From: Sporopachydermia quercuum
Taxonomy: Eukaryota
Assembly (NCBI GenBank): GCA_001599295.1
Contig: BCGN01000004.1
Location: forward strand, 1,058,138 to 1,122,137
Reading direction: 5' to 3'
DNA length: 64,000 nucleotides
Shown: piece after piece, positions 48,556 to 60,606 of the stretch
Position numbering within the stretch: the stretch's first letter is position 1
Layout of the letters: each line of letters starts with the position of its first letter
The notes under the pieces: model-generated
What the model was told of the DNA's origin: nothing
The model's input: only the letters and a program-made list of their open reading frames with translations
Databases searched by the model: none
Program-made: the position numbers and the translations under genes

Positions 48556-49923
48556 ATGTTTCACCTAAGAAATATTGTTCGAAGATCACTGGCAACTGGA
48601 GTTCGTGTATCTGCTGATACTTCGGTTAACTCCTATTTGAAAGCGAAGAGCATCAGACTCCTCACCTCTTCGGCGATCACCAGAAATGGAAAGAAAGAAG
48701 CTCAAAAAAAACCAGAGTCGTTATTGACAGATGACTTATTAGCAAAGGCAGGAATTGACCCTACTGAAAGTATTAAACAAACTGAAGGAGAGACCACTGA
48801 TGAGGGAAAGAAGCAAAGCGAAGAAGGAGAGACTAGAAGAAGAGGTATTAAGTCTTCTCATGAGATCAAACGTGAAAGAAGGGCAAAATATGCATACTTA
48901 GCTACACTTGTAGGTGGAATTGGTCTAGGTGTTTATATGGGAAGAGATTGGGAAGATGACGAAACTGAACATATGGATATTCCTAATGGATACACCCCAG
49001 GTCTCATTTATAAGAGGGCTAGCGCTAGGTTTTCTGATGTTTTCTCTTACTATAAGGAACCAAGTTTTAAGACACTTTTGCCTCCACCTCCCCCAGAACC
49101 TTACAGAAGAGACTTGACATTAGTCTTAGGTTTAGAAGACTTTCTGATTCATGCCAGTTGGGATGTCAAGAATGGCTGGAGAACGGCCAAGAGACCTGGT
49201 TTAGACTACTTTTTGACATATTTAGCCCAGTTTTATGAGATTGTTATTTTCTCATCAAATTACATGGCAGAAATTGATAGAATTATTAACAAGATTGATC
49301 CTCTTCACGTAGCTATCAATCACGTTCTTGCTAGAGAAGAGACTAAATATAAAGACGGTAAAATCATAAAAGATTTATCTTATATGAACAGAGATCTAGA
49401 GAAGATTATTATTATCGATGCTGATCCTGATGCCTATTCTTTACAACCTGATAATGCTATTCCGGTTCCTAAATGGGAAGGAAATGCTGACGACCGAGAA
49501 CTTTTAAAGATTATTGCATTCCTTGAATTTCTCGCTTCTCAACCCATTAAGGATGTTAGACCTATTTTGAAGAGTTTCCAAGGCACATATCTCCCAGATG
49601 AATATATTAGAAGAGAAAACCTTGCAAGAGAAAAGTATCTCCAAACTCATGCTAACAGGCGATCTATTTTTTCCGGCGAAGCAGGTGCTAAACCTCAAAT
49701 GTATCTTGATAGATTTAGAGAAGAGAACAAGAAGCATTATGCGAAGGTGATGAAACAATTTGAAGAACAGAAGGAAAGCCTTCAGAAACAAATGGAGGAA
49801 GAAATGCGTGCCCAACAACAAAATTTGACTCTTGGTAATATTGCCAAGTCTTGGATGGGTGATCCTTCTGCTCTTCAATCCCCTCAAGTTCAAGCCGCAG
49901 CAGAAGCTCAACAAACTAAATAA
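48556..49923 (+). CDS. TIM50: Mitochondrial inner membrane translocase subunit
   Basis: Arg-rich presequence, one TM helix, LLPPPPPEPY, and an FCP1-like domain with WRTAKRPG.DYFL.YL.QFYEIVIFS. Confidence 0.96.
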   Translation: MFHLRNIVRRSLATGVRVSADTSVNSYLKAKSIRLLTSSAITRNGKKEAQKKPESLLTDDLLAKAGIDPTESIKQTEGETTDEGKKQSEEGETRRRGIKSSHEIKRERRAKYAYLATLVGGIGLGVYMGRDWEDDETEHMDIPNGYTPGLIYKRASARFSDVFSYYKEPSFKTLLPPPPPEPYRRDLTLVLGLEDFLIHASWDVKNGWRTAKRPGLDYFLTYLAQFYEIVIFSSNYMAEIDRIINKIDPLHVAINHVLAREETKYKDGKIIKDLSYMNRDLEKIIIIDADPDAYSLQPDNAIPVPKWEGNADDRELLKIIAFLEFLASQPIKDVRPILKSFQGTYLPDEYIRRENLAREKYLQTHANRRSIFSGEAGAKPQMYLDRFREENKKHYAKVMKQFEEQKESLQKQMEEEMRAQQQNLTLGNIAKSWMGDPSALQSPQVQAAAEAQQTK

Positions 49924-50721
49924 GCATTTTGCCAGTTTAATGGTAATATGAACATTTGATTATCTTGTCTTATTTTTTGAATCTTTGGTTGATCCCATTG
50001 TAGATCAGTCTTTAGTTACAATAGCTGTATATATGTCCCTGCTTTCGTGTATATCCTTAGTTTCAATACTAGTTCATAAATGATTTGAATCTAATGAATA
50101 TTTAGGTTATTATGATTTGTTCCCTTATTCTGTTATCCTCAAGTAGCTCGTGTTCTTTTTTCATTTTTTATTTTATTTTTGTTTTTAAATATTCGTTTGA
50201 CTTACCGTACTCTTTCGATAAATACTTTCTTCTATTTATATATTTGTAGTGCAAAAGGATTTCTTTGTCCCGATCTACTACAATACAATGATTTAGATAG
50301 AATCATTCTTAAGGAGAAATGATAGGCCCATCAAACTATAAATATGAACATAGAAGTATTCTAACATTAATAATTATAAAATGATAAACCATCAATTCAT
50401 TCTTTTACATCACACACCAATTGGGACAATTAGGGATGTGATAGGTTATTGCCAATTGTGGACAATACTTTCTAAGCTCAGGNCCTAATTTGGATGGGTT
50501 CTTTTTGTTTCACCAACAACTGCCTAATCACTTAAACCATCGAAGATGATATATGTATCTGATAAGAAGAANCCAGTTCGGGGAACAGATTGTATGATCA
50601 GAAGGCTGAAGTACGCACGAATTGGGATTTTAATCAATCTTAAAACAGAAAGAATTATAACTGGAACACTCACAGAAGGTTATTATGTATATATAGTGTG
50701 AAGCGATTGATTATATTGGGC

Positions 50722-51288
50722 ATGAGTCAAGAACAGGCTTGGAATGCTTGGGACTCCTGGAGTTCTGGCGAGAATGTGCGTATAAACACAAAATTTATTG
50801 AATTGAATGACAAGTAATAGAAATATTAATGTATTTTATCAGTCTAAAGAAAAACAACAATCCGTTCAAAGTAATGGGAAAAAGATTCTTAAGTAAGTTA
50901 CATATTGTTGTCGTCCTGTCCTGTCTTGAGTTATGTTAGGTTGAGGTGAAAGTCATCAACTAATCATATATGCCTGAACCATTTGACTAATGATTAAGAA
51001 ACGATTTCACAATAGTTGATTCCAATTCCAATACTTCTTTTCAGCCAAGAAAGAAGTTTTTACTCCGGGAAGATCAAGGTATGTTGAATGATTTGTTTGA
51101 TGTTTCACGTTTGATTTCTGTAAGGTGCTTGATACAATACTAAAATATTTTTGCTCACTTTAGCTCAACCTCCTTCAGTTGAGCAAGAACCGGAACAACA
51201 TGATATTCAACAACGACTGAAAGATAGAGAACTGAAATATAAATTAGCAAGAGAGAAACTCTTCGGCAAAGAGGGTCAGAATAAATAG
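50722..51288 (+). CDS. Small SUZ-domain protein (SZRD1-like), 4 exons (50722-50775, 50843-50892, 50999-51078, 51164-51288), ~102 aa
   Basis: Manual splicing gives MSQEQAWNAWDSWSSGEN...FQPRKKFLLR...LKDRELKYKLAREKLFG. Donors are GTGCGT, GTAAGT and GTATGT. The gene is absent from the ORF track. Confidence 0.72.
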
Positions 51289-52057
51289 TGAAATTCTACA
51301 AGCTTACCTAGTTTTAAGGCTGAAAACAAGATGTGTTTGGTGATATCTTCAGTACCATAGAATACATAGGAGTCATTCGTATATTTCTATATTATCTTAT
51401 TCTTTCTCGGCAATATTGTCAATTCGTAGATCGTATTTCTGCTACAAGCATTTGTAATGAAAAAGTATAATCCTTTCACTGTATCTCCATCAGATTCATA
51501 AGCTGTTATCATGGCCAACTTTTCGTCTCATCATAAATTGATTTGTTGCAAATAACCATGACAATCAATCACATCACTTTGATACTCCCACGATCATCCC
51601 TATTTTAATGAGAAACAAGAATCACCAGTGATCATCACAACTAATCAGCTCACTACGGATAAACTATCAACTATTATTTCTTTTTACGCAAAAATATTGT
51701 ATTGTATTTGTTCTTAGAACAATTAAATCTATTTCTTCCTTCTCCTTATTGTAGAATTATTTCATGGAGTAAACAATTCTAAAAAGGGTAGTAATCCTAA
51801 TGATAACATGGGTACATACACATTTTCAAGTTCACTAATCAAGTAATAAATAGTAAGACGTGCTCAGCAGGGAATTAGTTGTATTATCTTCTTTTTAACA
51901 AATGACAATAATACAAGAACAAGGAAGATAAAAACAAAGAAATAGCTATGTAGTGCCTAATGTTTTAGCTACTTTGTCTATTATTATTTAGTGTTATTGT
52001 GAAAGATCGTTTGTATAAGTCATCACAGGAAACAATTATTGAACCAAGGGTGAAAGA

Positions 52058-53050
52058 ATGTCTTGTAGAGATTCACAACTCTCTCATGTCCATTGGTCAT
52101 CGTCAAGAGAGATCCTATTTCTAGAGTCTAACTGGGGAAAAGACAAATTACCGTATGATGATATTCAGCTAAATAATCCATTTGATGTCCCGTTTCTACC
52201 TGGAGAAATTGATGATGATGAGTTTGATTTTGACAATATCGATTTAGTTTTGAACAATCANATGGTCGGAGGTGGAGTTAATGGAGGACAAGCTGGGAAT
52301 GGAAATAATGGAGCGGGAGTCAATAATCCAATGCTAGTGAATTTAAATTCAATGAGGAAAAACTACAACTACAATAACTCTTTTGGAGTACCTAAATATT
52401 TCTCAAAGTTGATGAGAGGACCAATTTGGAAAGACTTAGAACTACCTGAACTTTTAAGTGGCAAAATAGGATTGCCGAAGACAGTTGGGAGATCTTATGG
52501 ATATGAAGAACGCTTTGCTAAGGGTTCAGTTAATCCCCTTAAAAGTGAAGGTAGATTTGGTGATTTATCAGCTGATGATGATCGATTTTTAAACGAAACA
52601 GGGCAACTCTCTGAACACAAGTTTGATGATACGATACTTAAGTTTTCTTCATATTACGATACTGAAGTTGAAAATATAAGCGGTGGATATCGGAGTTTCA
52701 ATTTAGAAAATCTTAATGAACAAGAATCAGAAACCCTATCAGATGATCGGGAGGGCGTTATGGAACTGGCACTAGACAATGATCTAGAATCGGCTTCTTC
52801 CTCAAGATCACACTCAGCGTCACAACCAAACTCTGATCCTAACACACCTATAGCATCTCAATTACTGTATGGTAGTAGGGCATTATCAGGAAACGATGAT
52901 ACACCAAAATTGCCACCAATGGCACCTATTAGGCGTACTCGTGAAACTTCCAAGATGTTGGAGAAAATGAGTATGATGAGAGATATTAATGACGAGACCT
53001 CAAACTCTGATTTCCAGACCCCAAGTATGAGATTAAGAGGAGTTCGGTAG
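52058..53050 (+). CDS. SWM1: Anaphase-promoting complex subunit Apc13/Swm1-like
   Basis: N-terminal RDS...WGKDKLPYDDI and internal WKDLEL match recalled Apc13 motifs. Confidence 0.75.
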   Translation: MSCRDSQLSHVHWSSSREILFLESNWGKDKLPYDDIQLNNPFDVPFLPGEIDDDEFDFDNIDLVLNNXMVGGGVNGGQAGNGNNGAGVNNPMLVNLNSMRKNYNYNNSFGVPKYFSKLMRGPIWKDLELPELLSGKIGLPKTVGRSYGYEERFAKGSVNPLKSEGRFGDLSADDDRFLNETGQLSEHKFDDTILKFSSYYDTEVENISGGYRSFNLENLNEQESETLSDDREGVMELALDNDLESASSSRSHSASQPNSDPNTPIASQLLYGSRALSGNDDTPKLPPMAPIRRTRETSKMLEKMSMMRDINDETSNSDFQTPSMRLRGVR

Positions 53051-53718
53051 CTACTCGACTAAACTAATTTTGTCAAATCTTTATCCATCAGCACAACTCG
53101 AGTATTCCGAAAGCTTTCGCATACTGTTACCTCTGTTCAGCTCCTCAGTAGCTACCTTAGGCACATTTCAAGCTCTTCTTTACCCTACTGGAAATATGTC
53201 ATGCAACTGTACATTAGTCTTCGTATTATTTCGTATCCATAAAAGATATCAATATACTTATTTTCAGTTGTCTGTTCTATACTCTTCAATGACTAATAAT
53301 TGACCTTTGAATGATCCTTTGTTCGTCTATCTTTCAAATAAACTTTAAAATTTACTTGCATAAATGAGCAGAAAAACAAAACTCTATGCTTAACTCATAT
53401 TCCCGGACAGTATTTCAATACAAATCATTTTTTCTCAACGTGCATTTTCACATGGAAGTACGCAATTACCATACTGATCAGGTACACTAAACCGGCCAGA
53501 TTCTGTTTCCATGTTCTACTACTGAAATTATTCATACAAAATTTTTCTTCAGATTCTTTGTACCAATTCTTCTTTCTCAGTTCATTTCCTTGTGAAACAA
53601 ACTCGTATCATACTTTGTTCTGTTGCTACCTTCTATATTTACCTTTCTATACTATTGATGTTCCTAAGCGTGCATATTTAAGTACAGCTTTGTATTTGTT
53701 CAACAGAATTACAGCAAG

Positions 53719-56040
53719 ATGCCGTCTATATCAGATATTTATACAATAACTAGCTTGCCATTGTTGCCAACTCTTCCCTTTCAATCGAGGATACATCTTT
53801 CAAGTCCAGCAGAGAATATATTAACCTTAGCAGTTTCGCATTCTTCGATTTCTGTTTATATTCTCACACCTTCACCACAACTATTCTGGTCCCACGCTTT
53901 ACCTCCTACTGTCACAGTGTTAGGTGTTGATTCTCTGATAGTAGGTGATGAAAATGTCATCGATGTTTTTTCAGTCAAACTACAAATTGTGGTGGCTTTA
54001 AAAGAAGGGAGGAAATTCAAATTGAAGTTTTTGGAGACTGGTGACGACGTCATAGTGAAAGATGTTGTGGTTGATGAAGTAGTGAAAGTATTCTTCAAAG
54101 ATGGTAGTGTTTTCGCCGCCGACACCACAGGTTCTGTTACCAAGTATCAATTCGGCAATGATGAAGTGAAGTCATTATGGAAATCTAAGCAATCATTTCC
54201 AAAAATAATAGGTACTGCTGTACATGATAACCAATTGATAGAAGTTCAATCAAAGAATGAAAGTGTTGTCTTCCGCAAATTTAATTTTTTGACTGATGGT
54301 TTGGAAATAATACAAACCACTGAAATACCAGTTGACTTCAGGGTACTTGACATCTTTTATAATAGGGACTACTCTATTTTACTCTCAACATCAGGCTTCA
54401 ATTATATTGATTTAGAGAGCAAATCACGGTTTATACAATTTGAGCAGCTAAATCCGTCATATGTATTCAGTGAGGATAACTTTCCTTCATTAGTGTATCT
54501 CTCACAGGATAGGGTATTAGTCTCTTTGAATGTTAAGATTTATCTGGTCGATTTGAAATATAAATCTTTAATATCTAGTACGGATGTCGATGCAAACATC
54601 TTATTCCTTTATTTGCCTGTGTCGATAGGAAGAACAGGAAAGAGACACAATCACTGGACTGTAAATGCAATTCAACTGCATAGAAAAGAAACAAGTTTAG
54701 TAGGAATGAGTGTGAATAGTGGGACAAGTACATTGTTGGAGTCGCTTGGTAGAGGACTGAATCCTGTGAATGATTGTAGCATCAGCAATGGTAAAAATGA
54801 GAAAAATAATAACAGTAATAACAAGAATAATCATTTCCTAAACGATGTTGGCGATACAATCAGTTTAGCTGGCTGTCTACAAGAAATGAAACAAGCTACT
54901 TACGAAAAGAAAATCAATAGTGCAAGACAACATAATAATAGTGAAGCTGAAAAAGTTCTCGATAGTTTGGCCACGTTCAAACTAAACTTTGACGTGAATA
55001 AGTGGGATAATTGTCTTTGCTATTATCTCAAAAGCAGATTTGTACCATGGTCAAATATACTATTCAATGAAATTGCAGAAATCGGTAATTTCATTTCAAA
55101 TACTAGTTTTGTCTTTGAAGAAAGTGATAGAGAAGTATCTTATACGTTCATCGAGCGAGTAGTAAGACTTGCTCTAACAGATGATTTGACATTCGATCCT
55201 AGTTTCATTCCGGAGAAGTTATTAATTTACTTACTGACGCATCCTTTATATCCCAGAAATCTTATAAAATCTCTCGAAGTTTACAAGTGTAATTTGAAAC
55301 TTTTCCATCAAGCAATCATCACGGCCCCCGAAGTGTCAGCAACAGAACTAATAAATGTTATTGAAGGATGCATTAAGAACGAGTATGGTGATAGTAGTGA
55401 TAACATATTCAAAGACACAGTTGTGAGGTTGCTTGAAGAAAATACATCAAAAGATATCAAGAAACATTTAAAGACTACTCAATTACATAGCAACACTAAT
55501 TTGTCACTTGATATAGTCAACAAAATCATCAGCATGGATTTTGGCTGGGACCTTGTAAATATTTTGATTGATTGCGGAGGGCTTTTCTCTTTAGATACCA
55601 AACTTGTTGATAGGCTTTCTGGAGAGGTGAGCAGCAAGATTTCGACATATATGGAGCTATCAGAGATTAATGCTATTGTAAGTGAATTAATTGGTGCTGT
55701 CGATATAAACGCTGAGAAATCAAATAAGAAGAATAAGAAACAGAAACAAAAACAAAAGAAACAAAAGAAAAGTGCTGATTCGAAAGTTAAGGACGGCTCA
55801 TCACTTGAGAACGGCGATAGTATTGTCTACGGTAATGAGACTTCACACGATAAGCTGGATAAGATCTTAGGCTTCGGCAAAAATACCAATCCTATTTCTG
55901 TTGTGGGAATGAATGAAATTGAATTCGAAACTGATTTCACGACTAATAAGACTGTCACTTTACAGCAGGCTGCTCGACCTAGAAAGGCTTTCAATAACAA
56001 GAAAGTACCTATGTATTCTATCGAAACTCTTGTTTTATAG
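53719..56040 (+). CDS. UTP8: U3 snoRNA-associated protein 8 (t-UTP)
   Basis: MPSISDIYTITSLP start, LFWSHALPPT, YLLTHPLYP, ILIDCGGLF and C-terminal VPMYSIETL. Confidence 0.8.
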   Translation: MPSISDIYTITSLPLLPTLPFQSRIHLSSPAENILTLAVSHSSISVYILTPSPQLFWSHALPPTVTVLGVDSLIVGDENVIDVFSVKLQIVVALKEGRKFKLKFLETGDDVIVKDVVVDEVVKVFFKDGSVFAADTTGSVTKYQFGNDEVKSLWKSKQSFPKIIGTAVHDNQLIEVQSKNESVVFRKFNFLTDGLEIIQTTEIPVDFRVLDIFYNRDYSILLSTSGFNYIDLESKSRFIQFEQLNPSYVFSEDNFPSLVYLSQDRVLVSLNVKIYLVDLKYKSLISSTDVDANILFLYLPVSIGRTGKRHNHWTVNAIQLHRKETSLVGMSVNSGTSTLLESLGRGLNPVNDCSISNGKNEKNNNSNNKNNHFLNDVGDTISLAGCLQEMKQATYEKKINSARQHNNSEAEKVLDSLATFKLNFDVNKWDNCLCYYLKSRFVPWSNILFNEIAEIGNFISNTSFVFEESDREVSYTFIERVVRLALTDDLTFDPSFIPEKLLIYLLTHPLYPRNLIKSLEVYKCNLKLFHQAIITAPEVSATELINVIEGCIKNEYGDSSDNIFKDTVVRLLEENTSKDIKKHLKTTQLHSNTNLSLDIVNKIISMDFGWDLVNILIDCGGLFSLDTKLVDRLSGEVSSKISTYMELSEINAIVSELIGAVDINAEKSNKKNKKQKQKQKKQKKSADSKVKDGSSLENGDSIVYGNETSHDKLDKILGFGKNTNPISVVGMNEIEFETDFTTNKTVTLQQAARPRKAFNNKKVPMYSIETLVL

Positions 56041-57288
56041 TTAAAACATGAAGGTTTTTGTCATGCATACTAATTACATTATATGATCAATATGACGATA
56101 CATAGTTAAGGATAGTAAAAATAAATCAACATCATATCATTGCTGTATTCCTAATATTCATGATGCGCAAACATGGTTTATAAATGTCGGATCTTTGTCG
56201 TTATAAGATTTAATCGATGTGAGCACACCAATACCGGAAAAGATAACAATTTAAACTTGCAGATAAATTACTGTTATTCTGAGAGCTTAACCTTACATTG
56301 ATATTGAATCATAAATTTTCTTAACGATCAAACTGTAAATTGCAATCACATGAGTTGATACTGTAGCAACAGAGCTCGAAGTAATTTTTGAAACCATTTG
56401 AAACGTACAAATTTGAGTGTCTAAATATCCCATTAAATTATGGTTTTGGATGTAAAAATGGATAGATAACATGCTGAATATAGCAACCTAAAAGCATTTA
56501 TTTAGAAAGAAGTATCTTTTTGTTATCATCACCAGAAAGCAAAATCCCGATTTAAGCTTGCAGAGTTATCCTAAACCTTAACTTTACCTGATGCCCAATC
56601 TATGTTTCCAATAGCTTCTCAAATCCTATGAGCTATGCAGCTACCCATGAAAAATTTAATGACAAAAGAATTCTTAGATAAAAAATAACCTTTTGATAGG
56701 TTCTATAACTTTTTTTTCAGCTCTGCCTATAACGTCTTTCTCAGGACGATATCACACTCTTCCTTCCACAAACAGCAGGAAAATTTCTGAAAATAGGTCC
56801 AAAATAAAGTTGTGAAGTTTTCTGATGCCTGGAACTCTAATTTGGCTGCCTTTTCCTTACTACTTCCTTTCCATTATTTCCACTTCTCCTTTGCGTATTT
56901 TCTTTCTTTCAACTGTCTAAGATGAGCCGATTAATTATAACGGTTCAAACAGACGCTCAATGTTTTGATAGTAGATACCAGTTGTACACTAGTAGTGTAT
57001 TGATAGCCATTTGAACTGTTACTCATACTGAAAAAGGCTCAATAGGTTTTACTCTTAGTTCTTCTTGCTGATTGGAAAACCTATGTCCCAGTCAATAGAC
57101 TTACTCAATTGTATCATAACAATAACAAAATAAAGAAGATATCTATCTATCTGACGAAATCTCTAGACAGTTTGAAAGCGAATGGCTTATCATTTTTTGC
57201 TGTGTTTTTTTTTTGTTTGAATTTTGGCCCCAATATATCATATCTTGTCATATTTAGCTGTTCCCTACCACATCCTTACTGAATAATA

Positions 57289-60200
57289 ATGGCATCGTTT
57301 CCTCTTTCTAATGGTGGTGCTGAAAATGACCCACAGGAGTTTGGGAACAGCTCTTTTGAAGATAGTACTAATAGCTTCTTTTCAGCTCCAACTCATACCA
57401 CTAGGCCTGGTAGGGAAATCATGAATAATAGTAAAACCAACTTTTCATCATCTTTCAAACGCTCTATGGGTAGTAACGATATGATTGGATTGCCTATGCG
57501 AACTCATAAACCATCAATATCAGATGCTTTCAAACAAGGAGGAAGGAATTTCTATTTTGGATCTTTAAGGAACAGTAATGATATTGGATCTCCTGCTATT
57601 CACACTCAAAACTCTATCAGGGAACAAACAGCAGAATTGGCTTCTATTGCTATTGATGACACTGAATTATTAGAAGGTTCATATCCGGATGAACAAGGGA
57701 GTAACTTCAATAATGATCAGTACAACACCACACTGAATTTTCCCAATTATAACAAAGGAGCAAACTTACCGCACGACAAATCTAGTGTTTCTGTTGAAAG
57801 CTCCAACCTGTCAACCCTTTTAAATAATCGGAACCAAGATCAATCACAACAGGAGCAAGACAATGGCAACTCAGCAGAACAAAGCAAGCAACTGCCGAAG
57901 CTTGATAGCAATGTGAAAAGATATTCAAACCCTTATCTACCCATTTCACCTAGTGAATCCTCACCATTAATAGAAGACAGGGCCACTTATCTTTCGAATA
58001 TTGAATCCAGTAACTCTGACAACATAGATGATATAGTATCTCAATTGCATCAAGGAGATTATCGTAAATCATCTAATACAATAAGCCATCAAATAAGCCA
58101 TTTGAAGAAAACCCATTTAACAAAAGATAAGATAATTAGGGAATGTATTATTCAACCCATTAAATATATTCCTTCTGTTATTCTAGGTGTTCTGTTAAAT
58201 ATCTTGGATGGTCTATCATATGGTATGATTATGTTTCCCATAGGTGCATCAGTATTCACTGATATGGGTCCCACAGGGTTATCAATGTTCTATGTTAGTT
58301 GTGTTGTATCCCAATTAGTTTATTCGCTAGGTGGATCAGCTTTTAAGTCAGGCATAGGATCTGAAATGATTGAAGTTACTCCTTTTTTCCACGGTATGGC
58401 TTTATCAATTCTAGATCAAATAGGTAAGAATAAATCCCATGAAGTAATAGCTACAACGATGGTTGCATTTGCTGTATCTTCTGTTGTCACAGGACTTGTT
58501 TTTTTCGCTCTCGGAGCTGCTAGACTTGGCTCCTTGATAGGTTTCTTTCCTAGGCACATTCTTGTTGGATGTATTGGAGGTGTTGGTTGGTTTCTTGTAG
58601 TAACTGGAGTGGAAGTGTCATCACGAATGAAAGGATCTATAGAATACAACTTAGATACGTTTCATTTTCTATTTTCTGATTGGACTGTCGTATTGAAATG
58701 GACATTACCTTTAATGGTTGCTGCCTTTCTTATGTTTATTCAAAAGTTCTCTCATAATGCTTTGGTTGTTCCTACATATTTCATTGCTGTTTTCCTCATC
58801 TTTCATATCATAATCTCAGCTGTTCCTATGTGGGATTTACCTTTAGCTAGAGATCATGGGTGGGTTTTCGAAGCACCAGCGTCAAATGAGCCTTGGTATG
58901 CGTTTTATTCTTTATATGATTTCTCTGCTGTACATTGGAATGTTTTACTCTCAATGGTACCTGATATGTTTGCCTTGACATTTTTTGGTATACTTCATGT
59001 ACCTATTAATGTTCCTGCTTTAGCCGTGTCAATAGGAATGGACAATGTTGATGTTGATCGTGAATTAGTTGCACATGGTATATCTAATGCTCTTTCTGGT
59101 TTGTTAGGCTCAGTACAGAATTATCTAGTATATACAAATTCTGTCTTGTTTATAAGGTCAGGAGCTGATTCTCGGCTGTCTGGCGTATTATTGGCTTTTG
59201 GTACTATGGGCGTTATGTTTGCAGGTCCTGTGGTAGTAGGATTTATTCCAGTTGTAGTTGTTGGTGCATTAATTTACCTCCTTGGAATTGAATTATTACA
59301 AGAAGCATTAATTGACACTTGGGGGAAGCTTCATCCATTTGAATATTTCACTATTCTTGTAATAGTTTTCACAATGGGCGCTTGGGACTTTGTTTATGGT
59401 ATACTTGTTGGTATACTACTTGCTTGTGTGTCATTTGTAGTAGGTGAATCAAGAAGAAGTGCTATTTCCGCTACTTACACGGGAACTGTGGCTAGATCAA
59501 CTGTCCGAAGACATCCCTTGCAACAGAAATTTTTGAAAGAAGTGGGTAATCAAATCTATGTATTGAAGCTTTCAGGAACTATTTTTTTTGGTACCATCGT
59601 TGAAATTGAGAAGAAAGTGAGAGACTTATTTGAAGGATCATATTTCAATGAAAAACCAATCAGATATTTGGTACTTGATATGCAAAACGTAAAGGATATC
59701 GATTTCTCGGCAGCTGAAGCATTCATAAGATTCAAACGACTTGTTGCTTCTAAAAGCGCATTCCTTGTTATTTCCAGTGTGAAAGAAGGCACACCTGTAC
59801 TAAATGGTTTAGAAGCAGTTGGCTTTTGGGAAGGTAGTCATGATGGTGTCGCTGTTGAATTGTTTGATGATTTAAATGCTGCTTTAGAATGGTGTGAAAA
59901 TGAGTTCTTAACTACTTATTATAAGCATAGGGAATATCTAGCACGGGAGAAGAAGCTTATTCAAGGTGATAGCTCAGCACTTATATCCACATCTTCTGGT
60001 GGAACCCAGGCTCAAATTACTGGTGTTCCAACTGGTAGAAAACGTCTGATGTCTATTTTTGATATAACTGGTTCTCCTAGACATTCATTACTTCAAAAAG
60101 CAGCCACAACCACAGTGAAAGAAGATTCTAAACTTGCTGCTAAATTACAAGAATATCAACAACCTTTACCGTTAATAATGACTGCATTTCAAACAATATC

Positions 60201-60606
60201 TGATAAACCTGCAACTTTCTGGGCTGGTTTATGTCCTATTTTAACGAAAGAGACTATTCCTATGGGAACTACATTGTATAAATCTGCTGAGTCAGCAGGT
60301 AGATTCTATTTCATAGAAACAGGTTTATTGCAAGCTGATTATGAACTAGAACAAGGCAAATTATATGAACCAATCTTGCCTGGTACTTGCGTGGGAGAGA
60401 TGTTATTAGGTCAAGGCTTATTATCAAGCACGTTGAAAACTCAGAAAGAGAGTATTGTTTGGACATTGGATTTGGAGTCATTAGAGAAGCTAAGAAATAA
60501 AGAGGAAGGTTTGCTATTGGAGAATGAATTTCTGAGATGTGCCATAAAACTCTTAAATGAAAGATTCAATGCACTAACGGGATATGTTATGATATCTGCT
60601 GATTAG
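57289..60606 (+). CDS. VSB1: SulP/STAS/cNMP-domain vacuolar basic amino acid transporter (YGR125W-like)
   Basis: LLNILDGLSYG, GSEMIEVTPFFH, FFGILHVPINVPAL, STAS region (IDFSAAEAF) and a C-terminal cNMP-like fold. Confidence 0.9.
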   Translation: MASFPLSNGGAENDPQEFGNSSFEDSTNSFFSAPTHTTRPGREIMNNSKTNFSSSFKRSMGSNDMIGLPMRTHKPSISDAFKQGGRNFYFGSLRNSNDIGSPAIHTQNSIREQTAELASIAIDDTELLEGSYPDEQGSNFNNDQYNTTLNFPNYNKGANLPHDKSSVSVESSNLSTLLNNRNQDQSQQEQDNGNSAEQSKQLPKLDSNVKRYSNPYLPISPSESSPLIEDRATYLSNIESSNSDNIDDIVSQLHQGDYRKSSNTISHQISHLKKTHLTKDKIIRECIIQPIKYIPSVILGVLLNILDGLSYGMIMFPIGASVFTDMGPTGLSMFYVSCVVSQLVYSLGGSAFKSGIGSEMIEVTPFFHGMALSILDQIGKNKSHEVIATTMVAFAVSSVVTGLVFFALGAARLGSLIGFFPRHILVGCIGGVGWFLVVTGVEVSSRMKGSIEYNLDTFHFLFSDWTVVLKWTLPLMVAAFLMFIQKFSHNALVVPTYFIAVFLIFHIIISAVPMWDLPLARDHGWVFEAPASNEPWYAFYSLYDFSAVHWNVLLSMVPDMFALTFFGILHVPINVPALAVSIGMDNVDVDRELVAHGISNALSGLLGSVQNYLVYTNSVLFIRSGADSRLSGVLLAFGTMGVMFAGPVVVGFIPVVVVGALIYLLGIELLQEALIDTWGKLHPFEYFTILVIVFTMGAWDFVYGILVGILLACVSFVVGESRRSAISATYTGTVARSTVRRHPLQQKFLKEVGNQIYVLKLSGTIFFGTIVEIEKKVRDLFEGSYFNEKPIRYLVLDMQNVKDIDFSAAEAFIRFKRLVASKSAFLVISSVKEGTPVLNGLEAVGFWEGSHDGVAVELFDDLNAALEWCENEFLTTYYKHREYLAREKKLIQGDSSALISTSSGGTQAQITGVPTGRKRLMSIFDITGSPRHSLLQKAATTTVKEDSKLAAKLQEYQQPLPLIMTAFQTISDKPATFWAGLCPILTKETIPMGTTLYKSAESAGRFYFIETGLLQADYELEQGKLYEPILPGTCVGEMLLGQGLLSSTLKTQKESIVWTLDLESLEKLRNKEEGLLLENEFLRCAIKLLNERFNALTGYVMISAD

